From contig CBDDEL010000016.1 of NCBI GenBank assembly GCA_965226885.1, positions 736,001 to 800,000 on the forward strand: a DNA stretch of 64,000 nucleotides. Reading direction: 5' to 3'. Made by a program: the position numbers and the translations under genes. The notes beneath the pieces were generated by a model that made no database searches, was not told the origin of the DNA, and saw only the letters and a list, made by a program, of their open reading frames with translations. This DNA is from Opitutales bacterium. GTDB taxonomy: Bacteria; Verrucomicrobiota; Verrucomicrobiia; Opitutales; UBA2987. Of the stretch, positions 19,619 through 30,052 are shown piece after piece (the first letter of the stretch is position 1; each line of letters opens with the position of its first letter).

Positions 19619-20653
19619 ATGCCCATCGCCACACCAAAACAATTTGCCCAAATGCTGGATGCCGCCCAACAGGCCGATTACGCCTACCCGGCCGTCAATT
19701 GCAGCTCGATTATTACCATCAACGCCGCCCTCAAAGGTTTTGCCGATTGCAAATCCGACGGGCTCATCCAATTTTCCACCGGGGCGGGGCAATTTGCCTC
19801 CGGCCTAAACAACAATAATCCCACTTACGGCTGCATTCTTTTGGCCGAAGCAGCCCATCGTCTGGCCGAACAATACGACGTTGTCATCGCATTAAACACG
19901 GACCATTGCCAACCCGAAAAAGCGGAAAGCTTTTTGCAACCCCTGATCGAGGAAACGGCCAAACGCCGGGCTCGAGGCGAAAGCAATCTGTTTCAAAACC
20001 ACATGCTCGACGCCTCCGCCCTTCCTCTCGAGGAGAACATGGCCTTGAGCAAGGAGTATCTCAAGCTTTGCGCCGAACAGGAGATCATTCTCGAAGTCGA
20101 GGCCGGAGTTGTCGGGGGCGAGGAGGACGGCGCAGCGGGCAGCGAGGACACCCCTTCGGAAAAAATGTACACCACACCGGAGGATATGGTCGCCGTTCAT
20201 GAAGCGCTCCACGGGCTGGGCCGTTTTACCTTTGCAGCCACTTTCGGCAATGTGCATGGTCATTACAAACCGGGCGCTGTCCAACTGCGGCCCGAAATTC
20301 TCCAACAAGGCCAGGAAGCCGTCATCTCACGTTATGGGCCCGAGGCTGAATTCGATTTGGTTTTCCACGGCGGTTCAGGCAGCGAGTTATCGCAAATCCG
20401 GGAAACGCTTGCCTACGGTGTCATCAAAATGAACATCGATACCGACACTCAGTATGCTTTCACTCGGCCCATCGCTGATCACATGTTGAAAAACTACGAC
20501 GGCGTCATGATGATTGACGGAGATATCGGCACCAAAAAATCCTACGATACCCGCTCCTACCTGAAAAAAGCGGAGGCCGCCATGGCCGCCAGGGTCAGTC
20601 GTGGCTGTGACGACCTGCGATCGACCGGCCATACTTTGTTCGGCCAAATTTAA
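19619..20653 (+). CDS. fbaA: Class II fructose-bisphosphate aldolase
   Basis: TDHC, GVVGGEEDG, FGNVHG, VFHGGSGS and KMNIDTDTQ motifs. Confidence 0.95.
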   Translation: MPIATPKQFAQMLDAAQQADYAYPAVNCSSIITINAALKGFADCKSDGLIQFSTGAGQFASGLNNNNPTYGCILLAEAAHRLAEQYDVVIALNTDHCQPEKAESFLQPLIEETAKRRARGESNLFQNHMLDASALPLEENMALSKEYLKLCAEQEIILEVEAGVVGGEEDGAAGSEDTPSEKMYTTPEDMVAVHEALHGLGRFTFAATFGNVHGHYKPGAVQLRPEILQQGQEAVISRYGPEAEFDLVFHGGSGSELSQIRETLAYGVIKMNIDTDTQYAFTRPIADHMLKNYDGVMMIDGDIGTKKSYDTRSYLKKAEAAMAARVSRGCDDLRSTGHTLFGQI

Positions 20654-20676
20654 TCGCTTCGTTTATTTTCAGGACT

Positions 20677-21504
20677 TCAGGGCAGCCAGGGGTATTTCCT
20701 GAAATCAGGTTCGCGCTTTTCCAGAAAGGCGCGGTGGCCCTCGCTCCCCTCCTCCGACATATAATAGAGAAGAGTGGCGTTTCCGGCCAGCTCCTGCAAC
20801 CCGGCTTGACCGTCCACATCGGCATTAAAAGCCGACTTCATACAGCGTATGGCTAAGGGGCTTTTTTCCAAAATCTCTTTGGCCCATTGGACTCCTTCGC
20901 TCTCCAGATCCTCGACCGGCACAACTTTGTTGACCAATCCCATTTCGAGCGCTTCCCGTGCGTTGTAGCGGCGGCACAGGTACCAGATTTCCCGCGCTTT
21001 TTTTTGCCCTACGATTCGCGCCAGGTAACTCGCGCCAAACCCGGCGTCAAAACTGCCCACCCGCGGTCCCGTTTGTCCAAAGACGGCGTTGTCTGCCGCG
21101 ATGGTCAGATCGCAAACCACATGCAACACATGCCCCCCACCAATGGCAAAACCGGCCACCAAGGCAATAACCACCTTGGGCATAGAACGGATAAGCTTTT
21201 GTAAATCGAGCACATTGAGCCGCGGAGTCCCCTCCTCGTCCTTATAGCCGGCCTTGCCGCGAACGCTTTGGTCGCCCCCAGAGCAAAAAGCGTATTTGCC
21301 ATCGATGTGCGGCCCGGCGCCGGTCAGCAAAACAACCCCGATGCGCGGGTCCTCACGGGCGTTGGAAAAAGCGTCGATCATATCCATTACCGTTCGAGGG
21401 CGAAAGGCATTGCGCTTCTCCGGACGGTTAATGGTCACCTTGGCGATACCATCCATCTTTTCATAGAGAATATCCTCGTAAGTTTTAGCCGTTTCCCAGT
21501 GCAT
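20677..21504 (-). CDS. menB: 1,4-dihydroxy-2-naphthoyl-CoA synthase
   Basis: [27 protein letters not shown] and GQKKAREIW motifs. Confidence 0.97.
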   Translation of the reverse strand: MHWETAKTYEDILYEKMDGIAKVTINRPEKRNAFRPRTVMDMIDAFSNAREDPRIGVVLLTGAGPHIDGKYAFCSGGDQSVRGKAGYKDEEGTPRLNVLDLQKLIRSMPKVVIALVAGFAIGGGHVLHVVCDLTIAADNAVFGQTGPRVGSFDAGFGASYLARIVGQKKAREIWYLCRRYNAREALEMGLVNKVVPVEDLESEGVQWAKEILEKSPLAIRCMKSAFNADVDGQAGLQELAGNATLLYYMSEEGSEGHRAFLEKREPDFRKYPWLP

Positions 21505-21532
21505 TTCTATCTTTCTGTATATTTGATAAACT

Positions 21533-23323
21533 TCAAACTAGCCGGGCCGCCATTTCAGAAAAGTTTTTTCGGCGCCACCAGGTGTCCTTTTTCCTGTCAG
21601 TAATAATTTCAATAATGCGGATGCCCGTTTTGGGCAATTGTTTTACCAAACTGGCAGGAGGGTCCAAATTTTTCAATTTCAAATATTCAACCCCATAAGC
21701 GCCCGCTAATTTGCTAAAATCGACCGATTGGGGAGTGGCAAAAAATTTCTCGAAAGGCGGATCGAACTTGGCTACCGGCAATGTTTCAAAGATGCCCCCT
21801 CCATTGTTATTGATGAGAATGATGGTCAAATGGCCCTTAAAATCCTTCGAAATGAGAAAACCATTGATGTCGTGTAGAAGGGCCAAATCTCCGGTCAGCA
21901 AAACGCCACCTTTTCTATTGTCATGGGCCATCCCCAAAGCGGATGACAATGTGCCGTCGATACCGTTCGCCCCCCGGTTGCAATAAACTTGCACGGCCCG
22001 GTTTGCCGGTTCCCAAAAATATTCCATGTCGCGCACCGGCATGGAGTTGGCCACGAATAAGGGAGTCCCTCGCGGCAGGGAGCGGGACAAAATCGAGGAA
22101 ACCTTACCCTCGAATGAAAACCGGCAATCGCGCAACCGGCTCCTCATCCCGCGCAAGGATTTGCCTTCAAGTTTTTTCCACCGCTCGGTCCAGGAATTAC
22201 TTTTAGCGCCCGTCAACTCAAGGGAAGCAACCAGCGCTTCCACCGGCAGTCGAAAATGAAGGGTCTCCCTGTGTAAGGGGTCGAGATTGTCCTGCCCCGG
22301 ATCAATGATAAAGGTTGGGCCAGGATTCGATTCCAACCACGCCCGCAATACCTTGCTCGTGGGCGGAATCCCCAGGCTAAGGACAACCTTGGGCCGGAGT
22401 TCCCCTGCCAGGGCGTCATTCCGCAAAATCAAATCATATTGCGTTATGAGCAGCGGAAATTCTTTTTTATAATTGCGCAAAGGGCTGAGGGCATCGGTCA
22501 ACACGGGCCAGCCGGTGGCTTTCGATAATTGGGAAACCGCCTCAACATACTCGCCGGTATTTTCCGGCTGCACGGCTCCTACCGAAATAAGGCCCTTTCC
22601 CTCTTCTGCTATCGCCTTGATCAATGCTTGCCAAGCGGGATCCTCTTTATGGTTCACTCCCTTCAATTGCACGGGAGGAGGCGGCTTTACGGAATCGACC
22701 AAATTCTTCAAAAAAGATTCGTCAATAATAGCCGCATCATCGGCCTTTTCCTCCGGCCCCAGCGGGTCCCGAAAGGGAATATTCAAATGCACCGGGCCGG
22801 CAGCAGGAAACAGGCTGCGCTCGAAACCGTGAACCAAAGTCTGTCGCAAATACCGAAGCCGCAACGGTTCCACCGATGGCATGGACAGCTCTTTATACCA
22901 GTTGCCATAATCCCCATAAATCTTCACCTGGTCGATCGTCTGGCCGGAAGAACACTCCCGCATTTCCGGCGGTCGATCAGCGGTCAGAACCAGTAACGGA
23001 ACCCGGCTCATACTGGCCTCGATAACAGCCGGATAATAATTGGCCGCTGCCGTGCCTGAGGTGCAAACCAAAGCCACCGGTTCTCTCTTTCTACGAGCCA
23101 ACCCCAAAGCAAAAAAAGAAGCCGAACGTTCATCCAGAACAGATATCGCCTTCAATCCCACATGGCGGCTGAAGGCGAAAGCCAAAGGCGTCGAACGCGA
23201 CCCCGGAGACACCACCACATACCGCAACCCCAATCGCCAAAGCGTCTCAGCCGCCACCGCACCCCAAACCGAATTCACATTGCTGCGGCTTAAAGTATCG
23301 AAAACTGGTTCATTCATTCCCAT
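21533..23323 (-). CDS. menD: SEPHCHC synthase
   Basis: [37 protein letters not shown] and GDLALLHD motifs. Confidence 0.96.
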   Translation of the reverse strand: MGMNEPVFDTLSRSNVNSVWGAVAAETLWRLGLRYVVVSPGSRSTPLAFAFSRHVGLKAISVLDERSASFFALGLARRKREPVALVCTSGTAAANYYPAVIEASMSRVPLLVLTADRPPEMRECSSGQTIDQVKIYGDYGNWYKELSMPSVEPLRLRYLRQTLVHGFERSLFPAAGPVHLNIPFRDPLGPEEKADDAAIIDESFLKNLVDSVKPPPPVQLKGVNHKEDPAWQALIKAIAEEGKGLISVGAVQPENTGEYVEAVSQLSKATGWPVLTDALSPLRNYKKEFPLLITQYDLILRNDALAGELRPKVVLSLGIPPTSKVLRAWLESNPGPTFIIDPGQDNLDPLHRETLHFRLPVEALVASLELTGAKSNSWTERWKKLEGKSLRGMRSRLRDCRFSFEGKVSSILSRSLPRGTPLFVANSMPVRDMEYFWEPANRAVQVYCNRGANGIDGTLSSALGMAHDNRKGGVLLTGDLALLHDINGFLISKDFKGHLTIILINNNGGGIFETLPVAKFDPPFEKFFATPQSVDFSKLAGAYGVEYLKLKNLDPPASLVKQLPKTGIRIIEIITDRKKDTWWRRKNFSEMAARLV

Positions 23324-23343
23324 ACCTCATTCATTCCCATACC
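23310..23343. repeat. Perfect 17-bp tandem duplication over the menD start
   Basis: TCATTCATTCCCATACC at 23310-23326 and 23327-23343. Confidence 0.92.
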
Positions 23344-23345
23344 TT

Positions 23346-24773
23346 TCAGCGAAGATTAGCCAGCAGGGCCTTCAGTTTCAAGTTGGTTTCCTGGCGCTCT
23401 TTGGGGGGGTCGGAACCTTGCACGATGCCGTTTCCGGCGTAGAGGCGGGCGCGATGGCCGTCGATTAGGGCGGAGCGGATGGCCACAACCATTTCACCTT
23501 CGGCCCGATGGTTGAACCAGCCCAAAGCTCCGGCGTAGAGTCCACGGTCGAATTTTTCGATTTCAGGAATTTCCGGGAGGGCTTTTTCACGCGGCGAACC
23601 GCCCACCGCCGGTGTCGGGAACAACTCGGCCAGAATGTCGAGAAGATGGATGCCGGGGGGAATTTCAGCTTCAATGGGCGAACGCAAATGTTGCACATTG
23701 GACAATGGCAAGAGCCTGGGTTGATCCGGAGCGTTCGCTTCCAGACCAAGGTTTTTCAAGCGGCGAACAATGGAATCGAGGACCACCCGATGCTCATGCA
23801 AGTCTTTGGGGCTCTCAAGCAGGCTTCGGGCCAGACGGGCGTCCTCCCGGGCGGTTTTGCCCCGGCCGGCTGTGCCCGCGAGGGCTTCGGTTTGCAGCCT
23901 GTTGTTTTCCACCAGCAGGAGGCGTTCGGGGGAGGCCCCAATAAAACTTTGACCCCGGCCATTCCCCACCGAAAACGAATAACAACCCGGATAAACCTCG
24001 CGCAGCCGGTTGAGGGATTGGAGCGGACGCAGGGCCGTTCCGGTTGAAATATCGACCGCCCGAGCCAGCACGATTTTTTCATAGCGCCCCTCTGCAATGC
24101 GGGCCAAGCCTGTTCGCACCGCTTCCTCGAAACCGCCCTCGCCTTGCGCCTCGGTTATTTCCAATGGTTCGCGTTCCGGCCCGTCCATCGAGTTTTCCAC
24201 CGATTTATAATCGAAGGAGGAAAACTTGGCGTGGGCGGCCCAGATTTTTTGAGCCAGGGCCGCCAAATCGCCGTCCGGTTCAACCATGGCATTGGCCACC
24301 GCCGAATAGGAGCCGCCCCGGCGAGCCACCTGCCAGCGGGGTACGAATACGGTGGCCGGAGGGAAATAAGACTCCTCGCCCGATTCATCAAAAAAAGCAA
24401 AGGCGCAATAGAAATGAGGGCCGCTCAAGGGCAAATGTAAATCGCCCACGGCAATGGCATGGGAAAGGGTTTCCCGGGCAAACCGCCGGACGGCCTCAAA
24501 CCGCCCCGGCCCGAAACAGGTTTTTGCAACGATGGCTTCAGCACCGGCCACGGCAATTTCACGGGATGGCTGCTCCAGGTAAAAATGCAGTTCCCCCGGC
24601 TCGAAGATGGATTCCAGAACGGCCAGCGGGTCGATGTGTTTTACCCCCAGGGAAATGCTCGCCAGTTTGGGATGTTGATCCCTGCGAGCCCCATCACGGC
24701 AGCCTTTCAAAAATAACCGGAGGGCCTCAAAATCCCTCGAAGAATGCCCATCTGGAGGAATTATTTTCACCAA
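23346..24773 (-). CDS. menF: Isochorismate synthase
   Basis: KIVLAR, GASPERL, ALAGT, EH, PTPAVGG, YAG and ETNLK motifs; lies upstream of menD. Confidence 0.92.
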   Translation of the reverse strand: MVKIIPPDGHSSRDFEALRLFLKGCRDGARRDQHPKLASISLGVKHIDPLAVLESIFEPGELHFYLEQPSREIAVAGAEAIVAKTCFGPGRFEAVRRFARETLSHAIAVGDLHLPLSGPHFYCAFAFFDESGEESYFPPATVFVPRWQVARRGGSYSAVANAMVEPDGDLAALAQKIWAAHAKFSSFDYKSVENSMDGPEREPLEITEAQGEGGFEEAVRTGLARIAEGRYEKIVLARAVDISTGTALRPLQSLNRLREVYPGCYSFSVGNGRGQSFIGASPERLLLVENNRLQTEALAGTAGRGKTAREDARLARSLLESPKDLHEHRVVLDSIVRRLKNLGLEANAPDQPRLLPLSNVQHLRSPIEAEIPPGIHLLDILAELFPTPAVGGSPREKALPEIPEIEKFDRGLYAGALGWFNHRAEGEMVVAIRSALIDGHRARLYAGNGIVQGSDPPKERQETNLKLKALLANLR

Positions 24774-24824
24774 TAAACGCTTCCTCGGGGTAAAATTAGT
24801 TCACTCGGATATTTCTCAATCCGT

Positions 24825-26354
24825 TTATTTGCGGGTTTTTGGAAAGAGGATGGCAGCTTTACCCAAAGTATTGCCCTGCAACCTTTCGCTCCAGTCCAAA
24901 TGGCCCTTCCAGGTAGAAATGGCCGGACTTCCCAGAAGATCGTAGATTTTCCCGCTGGTTTCCGGAATCACCGGCATGAGTATCGTTGCCGCTAGGCGCA
25001 GACTCTCGGCCATTGAAGCGAGAGCCGTCTCCAGACGTTGACGATCCTCGGGAGATTCCGATTTAGCCAGTTTCCAGGGAGCCCGCGTCTCGGCATAGCG
25101 ATTCACGGAACCGATGAACTGTAAGGTCCGCTCCAATGCCGTATGCAATCGAAATCCCTCATACAGCCCGGCGATTTCCTTCTGCACCGTACCCCAGGCT
25201 GCCCGCAGGTCATTTTCCGGCTCTTCAGATACCTGAGTCGCCGGCACGACTCCTTCGCAATAACGATGCGTCATGTTGAGCAGGCGGCTGACTAAGTTGC
25301 CCAGGTCGTTGGCCAGATCGCTGTTGTAGCGCGACATGAATTTTTCGAGCGTAAAATCGCTGTCCTGACCGACATTCATTTCCCGCGTCACATAGTAACG
25401 AAAGGCATCGGCACCGAATTCCTCGATCAAATCCAGCGGATCGATGGTTTCTCCCTCGCTTTTGGACATTTTTTTACCTGAAGTTGTCCAAAATCCGTGC
25501 ACCAGAAAGCCACCCGGAGGCTCGATTCCCCCCGCTTTCAACATAATCGGCCAATAAACCGAATGGGGCGGCACCAGGATATCCTTGCCGATCACGTGGC
25601 GGTTGGCGGGCCAATAGGTCTCGAAATCGGGTGTGCCCGGTGGCATTGCGGATAGGTAATTAAGAACGGCGTCGAACCACACATAGGTCACGTAATCCTC
25701 ATCGAAGGGCAATGGTATCCCCCAGGAAAGCCTCTCCTTCGGGCGTGACAAACAGAGGTCGTTAACCGGCTCCTTGAGAAATTCGAGAACCTGATTGGCC
25801 CGGAATTGCGGGAAAATAAATCCCTCGTGCGACTTGATATGCTCGATCAGCCAATCCTGATATTTGCCGAGGCGGAAGAAATAGTTGGGCTCGGTAATTT
25901 CAACCACTTCGCCGTAGATTTCCGGCCATTGCCCGTCGACCTTCTCCTTTTCGAGGATGAATTGCTCGGCCCTGATGCTGTAAAAACCCCGGTAAAAATC
26001 CTTGTAAATATCCCCCTGCTCGTAGAGTTTTTGCAATAAATTCTGCACCACCTTTTTGTGACGCTGTTCCGTGGTGCGGATATAGTCGTCATTGGATATA
26101 TTGAGCCGTTTAAGCAAATCCAGGAACTCCGCCGCGATTTCGTCCACAAACTCCTGAGGCTCGACACCCTTTTTCTGAGCGCTTTGCTGCACCTTCAACC
26201 CATGCTCGTCGAGGCCCGTCAGAAAACGCACATCCAGTCCCTGCAAGCGCTGGAATCGCGCCACTACATCGGCCAGCACCTTTTCATAGGCATGGCCCAG
26301 GTGCGGCGAGCCGTTGGCGTAGTCGATAGCCGTGGTTATGTAAAAAGTTTTCAT
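24825..26354 (-). CDS. metG: Methionine--tRNA ligase
   Basis: HLGH, YVWFDA, IGKDI and KMSKS motifs. Confidence 0.96.
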   Translation of the reverse strand: MKTFYITTAIDYANGSPHLGHAYEKVLADVVARFQRLQGLDVRFLTGLDEHGLKVQQSAQKKGVEPQEFVDEIAAEFLDLLKRLNISNDDYIRTTEQRHKKVVQNLLQKLYEQGDIYKDFYRGFYSIRAEQFILEKEKVDGQWPEIYGEVVEITEPNYFFRLGKYQDWLIEHIKSHEGFIFPQFRANQVLEFLKEPVNDLCLSRPKERLSWGIPLPFDEDYVTYVWFDAVLNYLSAMPPGTPDFETYWPANRHVIGKDILVPPHSVYWPIMLKAGGIEPPGGFLVHGFWTTSGKKMSKSEGETIDPLDLIEEFGADAFRYYVTREMNVGQDSDFTLEKFMSRYNSDLANDLGNLVSRLLNMTHRYCEGVVPATQVSEEPENDLRAAWGTVQKEIAGLYEGFRLHTALERTLQFIGSVNRYAETRAPWKLAKSESPEDRQRLETALASMAESLRLAATILMPVIPETSGKIYDLLGSPAISTWKGHLDWSERLQGNTLGKAAILFPKTRK

Positions 26355-26436
26355 CGGTAATGAATGGAACGGGGGTAAATATTCTTCAGCGGGCAGTTGT
26401 GGAGAAAAAGAAGCTAAACGGCAAGTCCGCGAATGC

Positions 26437-28014
26437 CTAATTTTTCAGCCAGCTTTCTTCCCGGATGAGAAAATTGAGCGTTTCCCGGTATTCCCCTAAT
26501 TCGCCCCAAAAATGAACTTCGGCCCCATTGCCCATGTTATGCAGGGCATCGCGAATTTCTTTCATGAATGAGCCGACCGTAAAATAGCGATCCCCAATCC
26601 TCACCCCGGTCTCTCTCTCGCCCACAATCAAGACCCCTTTAACCTCGTAAACCTTACCAAACCGCTCTCCCAACCCGGCGTCCGGTATTTCCGCCAGTTC
26701 TTCCATCGGCCCTACCGCTGTTGCGTCCAGGCCCTTATAGTCAACCAGCAATGGCTCGCTTTTATTACCGTTGCCATCAGGCACGCCAGGGTCTTCCAGG
26801 GAGACAGATCGATCCGCATCATTATCCTCAACCGTGCGAAATCGGGCCCCAACCGGAAAATGGTCCGAATAACCGCCGCCGTCCGGTCCAAAAAAGCTCC
26901 ACCTTCTGGGCTCGCCAAACGCCTCTCCCGCATTCAACCCCGCTACCGACAAAACGAAATAGGAATTATCCACGTATTGGACGCCCTTGAAGTCATACAA
27001 TCCACGAGTTAGCATCAGCGTCCCCCATCGGCCCCTATAAACTTCACTGCCCCTCTTCCCCGCCGGGACTTCCAGCCAGAGATTGTAAAGGTCAACTTCA
27101 TCATCCTCAAGTAGGGCTTTTTCATCCTCACGCGAACGTAAAACGTCATTCAATGCGGTTTGCTTCATCGCCGGGTTGCGGTCTTTCTGGTCGTAATAAG
27201 AATTGAAATCGCCCCCCAAAATAATGTCGGCTGACGGATTTTCTGCCAACAACTCGTCCAGCCTCTTACGCAAAACACCCGCGTTCTGAATACGCAAAGC
27301 TTCGGTGCCGGGGTTGGAAGCGCCTGATTTCCAATGATTGTCGAAAATCACCAGCAAATGCCCATCCACCGATAGCCCAACTTCGAGAATATCCCTGGCC
27401 CTCTCCAATGGATGAAACTTCGCGTATTGGATGGGAAACCTGGAAAAAACGACATTATTCTGCACCGTTCGCTCCTCCAGAGGAACCGACGCCACCGGTT
27501 TTATCACATGATACCCGGCCAGTCCATTATCCTCCATATATTTAAGCAAAAGCGCTTCCACCGGCAGCCCCCCGATGGCATCGTCAAAACCGGTCGTCAA
27601 TAGGACATCGACCGTGGTGTCGGCATATTCACCTAAAAATACCTCATAATCGGCAACCCCGGATTCGGGAGTACGATCCAGTTCAATCTCCTGAAACAGG
27701 ATAATCTCCGGCCCCTTTCCCTCATCAACCAAAGAAAGTATGCGCCCGATATTGCGAATTTTTGTCAGCACCTTGCGCGGAGTATAGGCAAAGTCTGACG
27801 GCTCATCATCATCTTCATCAACGGCGTATTGACTATACCTGGCAATCCCATCGGCATCGAAAAGATTCTCCACATTATAAACCAGCAACGTAAACTCCCG
27901 CCCCAAACCAACATTCGAGCCCAAAAGCAAACCCAACGCAACCAACACCAAGCAGTTAACCCCCCCCCAATTCAAAAAATTCATTTTTAAAAGAAAATAT
28001 TCAGCATTCATCAA
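26437..28014 (-). CDS. Secreted endonuclease/exonuclease/phosphatase family protein
   Basis: YNVENLFD, QEIE, NHWKS, GDFN and SDHFPV motifs; hydrophobic N-terminus. Confidence 0.85.
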   Translation of the reverse strand: MMNAEYFLLKMNFLNWGGVNCLVLVALGLLLGSNVGLGREFTLLVYNVENLFDADGIARYSQYAVDEDDDEPSDFAYTPRKVLTKIRNIGRILSLVDEGKGPEIILFQEIELDRTPESGVADYEVFLGEYADTTVDVLLTTGFDDAIGGLPVEALLLKYMEDNGLAGYHVIKPVASVPLEERTVQNNVVFSRFPIQYAKFHPLERARDILEVGLSVDGHLLVIFDNHWKSGASNPGTEALRIQNAGVLRKRLDELLAENPSADIILGGDFNSYYDQKDRNPAMKQTALNDVLRSREDEKALLEDDEVDLYNLWLEVPAGKRGSEVYRGRWGTLMLTRGLYDFKGVQYVDNSYFVLSVAGLNAGEAFGEPRRWSFFGPDGGGYSDHFPVGARFRTVEDNDADRSVSLEDPGVPDGNGNKSEPLLVDYKGLDATAVGPMEELAEIPDAGLGERFGKVYEVKGVLIVGERETGVRIGDRYFTVGSFMKEIRDALHNMGNGAEVHFWGELGEYRETLNFLIREESWLKN

Positions 28015-28105
28015 TCTAAGGTATCCATTCAGTAGTTAATAAAAAAAGCAATCCCGCCCAATAAAAAATCATCCAGAATCCAATATCCATATTCATCCGT
28101 AGTTA

Positions 28106-29936
28106 GAGGCTGTCCCAAAAATATAAAGATTTTATAGTCAACTGGATGACGTTGATAAAAAGAGCCGGAAAGAGCAAGTTTTTGCTCGATCCGGCCAAAA
28201 AAGGGTTCTATAATTGAGTTAGCGAAAATCAATATAGCCCTTTCTATGAAAAATATAGCCATCCAATGCCTCCTGCGTCCAGCTTTAACTGTGGTCGACC
28301 GGTGCCTCGATTACGATAACTTCCGCGCCACCATTGATCGAATCGATCGGCTGCTGATCGACTCGGAGGTGGAATCGCAGGCCATTGAGCTGGCCTTGGA
28401 GGGGTGGCCGCCAATGGGTCTAAAGGCCCGGCGGCAGCGGGCCAGTTTTGCCATCAAGGCACTGCGCATGGATACGCTGGGCCGTCTGCTCGGAGGGATT
28501 TCGTTTCGGCATTTGTCGCGGGCTCTGGGCAGCAGCGATCTGTTGGCCGACTTTTGCCGTGTCCGGCAGATCGATGGCATCAGGGGCATCTCCAAAAGCA
28601 CCCTGGAGCGGGCCTCGAAGTTTTTCAGCGAAGAGCAGTTGAGGGCCTTGCACCGGACCTTGACTGAGGTGGTGGGCGATGCCCTTCTGGCCCGGCAGGT
28701 GGGATTGGACAAGCCGATTGACACCACCATTTGCCTGATCGACGGCACCTGTTTGGAGGCTAACATTCATTGGCCGACGGACTGGGTATTACTCAAGGAT
28801 GTAGCCGGCACGTTGCTCAAAGCGATCCGGCTGATCCGCGAGAAGGCCGGTTTGCGCCATCGCATGCCGATCGAACCGGAGCCCTTGGCTCGGCAGATGA
28901 ATCGGCTGTGCATACAGATGACCCACAGCCGGCGGCGAAAGGACAGCGCGCGGCAGCGCAAGGGTATCTTGAGGCAGATGAAAAAGCTGCTCAAACGGAT
29001 CGGGGAGCATGCCCGCAGTCACCGGGAATCAGTCACCGGGAATTATTGCAAGCCTGCTGGGAGCAAAGCGATTACAGCGAAAAACAGGTCCAACAGATCC
29101 TCGCCCGGATGGAGCGCATGAGCGAGCAAATCCCGGTGGTCATCAAACAGGCGCACGAGCGGATCATTGGCGGCCGCCAGGTGAAAAACGCAGAGAAAGT
29201 CTTGAGTGTTTACGAACTCGATGGGCAGGTGATTGTGCGAGGTAAAGCGGGCCAAGAGGTCGAGTTCGGCAACACCCTGTTTTTGGGAGAAAGCGTTGAA
29301 GGGTACCTGCTGGACTGGAAACTCTACGGCAGCCGAACTCCAAGCGAAAATGAACAAATGCAAGAGAGTTTGCAAAGACAGAACCGCTTCAACCTGGAAG
29401 AACCCATAGCGGCCATGTGCGCGGACCGGGGATTTGCCTCCCAGCGGGCCCGCCGGCAGTTAGCCCAGGAGGGAATCTACGACGCGCTCTGTCCACGCGA
29501 TCCGAAGCAGTTGAAAAAACGGATGGAGGAACCACTGTTCAGACAATTGCAAAAGCGCCGGGCCAGCACCGAAGGGCGGATCGGGGTATTGAAGAATCGC
29601 TGGCAGGCCGGGCGGTTGCGCAGCAAAGGCTTTGCCAACCGCTCGATCAGCGTAGCCTGGTCGGTACTCTCGCACAACCTATGGAAAGTAGCCAAGATGC
29701 TGGCCCAGCAAGACGAACTAAAAACCAAAGCGGCGGCCTAGAGAGCGGAAAAGCAAGGACAATACTTTTTCACAGCCGTACTGTCGGCTCATACAAAGAA
29801 AACCAGGCAACCGGACCCCAAAACCAGTATACTAACGTCATAGGAGAGCAAAGTTGATACTCTCCCAAATGCAAATACCTCTAAAATGAGCGCCTATCAA
29901 AAGCCCTCGCAAAAATCACCCTTTTGGGACAGCCTC
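28106..29936 (+). mobile_element. IS element type A, copy 2
   Basis: Same IRs as copy 1; flanks are TAGTTA and TAGGCTA, which do not match each other. Confidence 0.93.
28246..29741 (+). pseudogene. Frameshifted transposase
   Basis: 14-bp tandem duplication CAGTCACCGGGAAT (29016-29029, 29030-29043) shifts the frame; span is 1496 nt versus 1482 nt in intact copies. Confidence 0.93.
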
Positions 29937-30040
29937 TAGGCTACAAACCGTTGCGCTATGACGGCCTGAGAAAAGCCCTCCTCGGTCTGACCACCATTGA
30001 AGAAGTCGAAAGGCTCGCCGGGTTCGAATGGGCCACCTGA
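29937..30040 (+). pseudogene. Displaced 3' end of pilB/gspE
   Basis: From 29939 it reads GYKPLRYDGLRKALLGLTTIEEVERLAGFEWAT*, the typical GspE/PilB C-terminus. It joins in frame to ...EAARKVG at 53766. Confidence 0.9.
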
Positions 30041-30052
30041 GAGGCCCGCAGC

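Noticed and set aside
20677..24773. Absence of menH/menC/menE from the men cluster
   Set aside because: Split men loci are common, and the genes may lie outside the window.
28770..29741. 323-aa ORF as a separate gene or programmed frameshift
   Set aside because: It is the out-of-frame transposase remainder caused by the 14-bp duplication; copies 1 and 3 are single ORFs.
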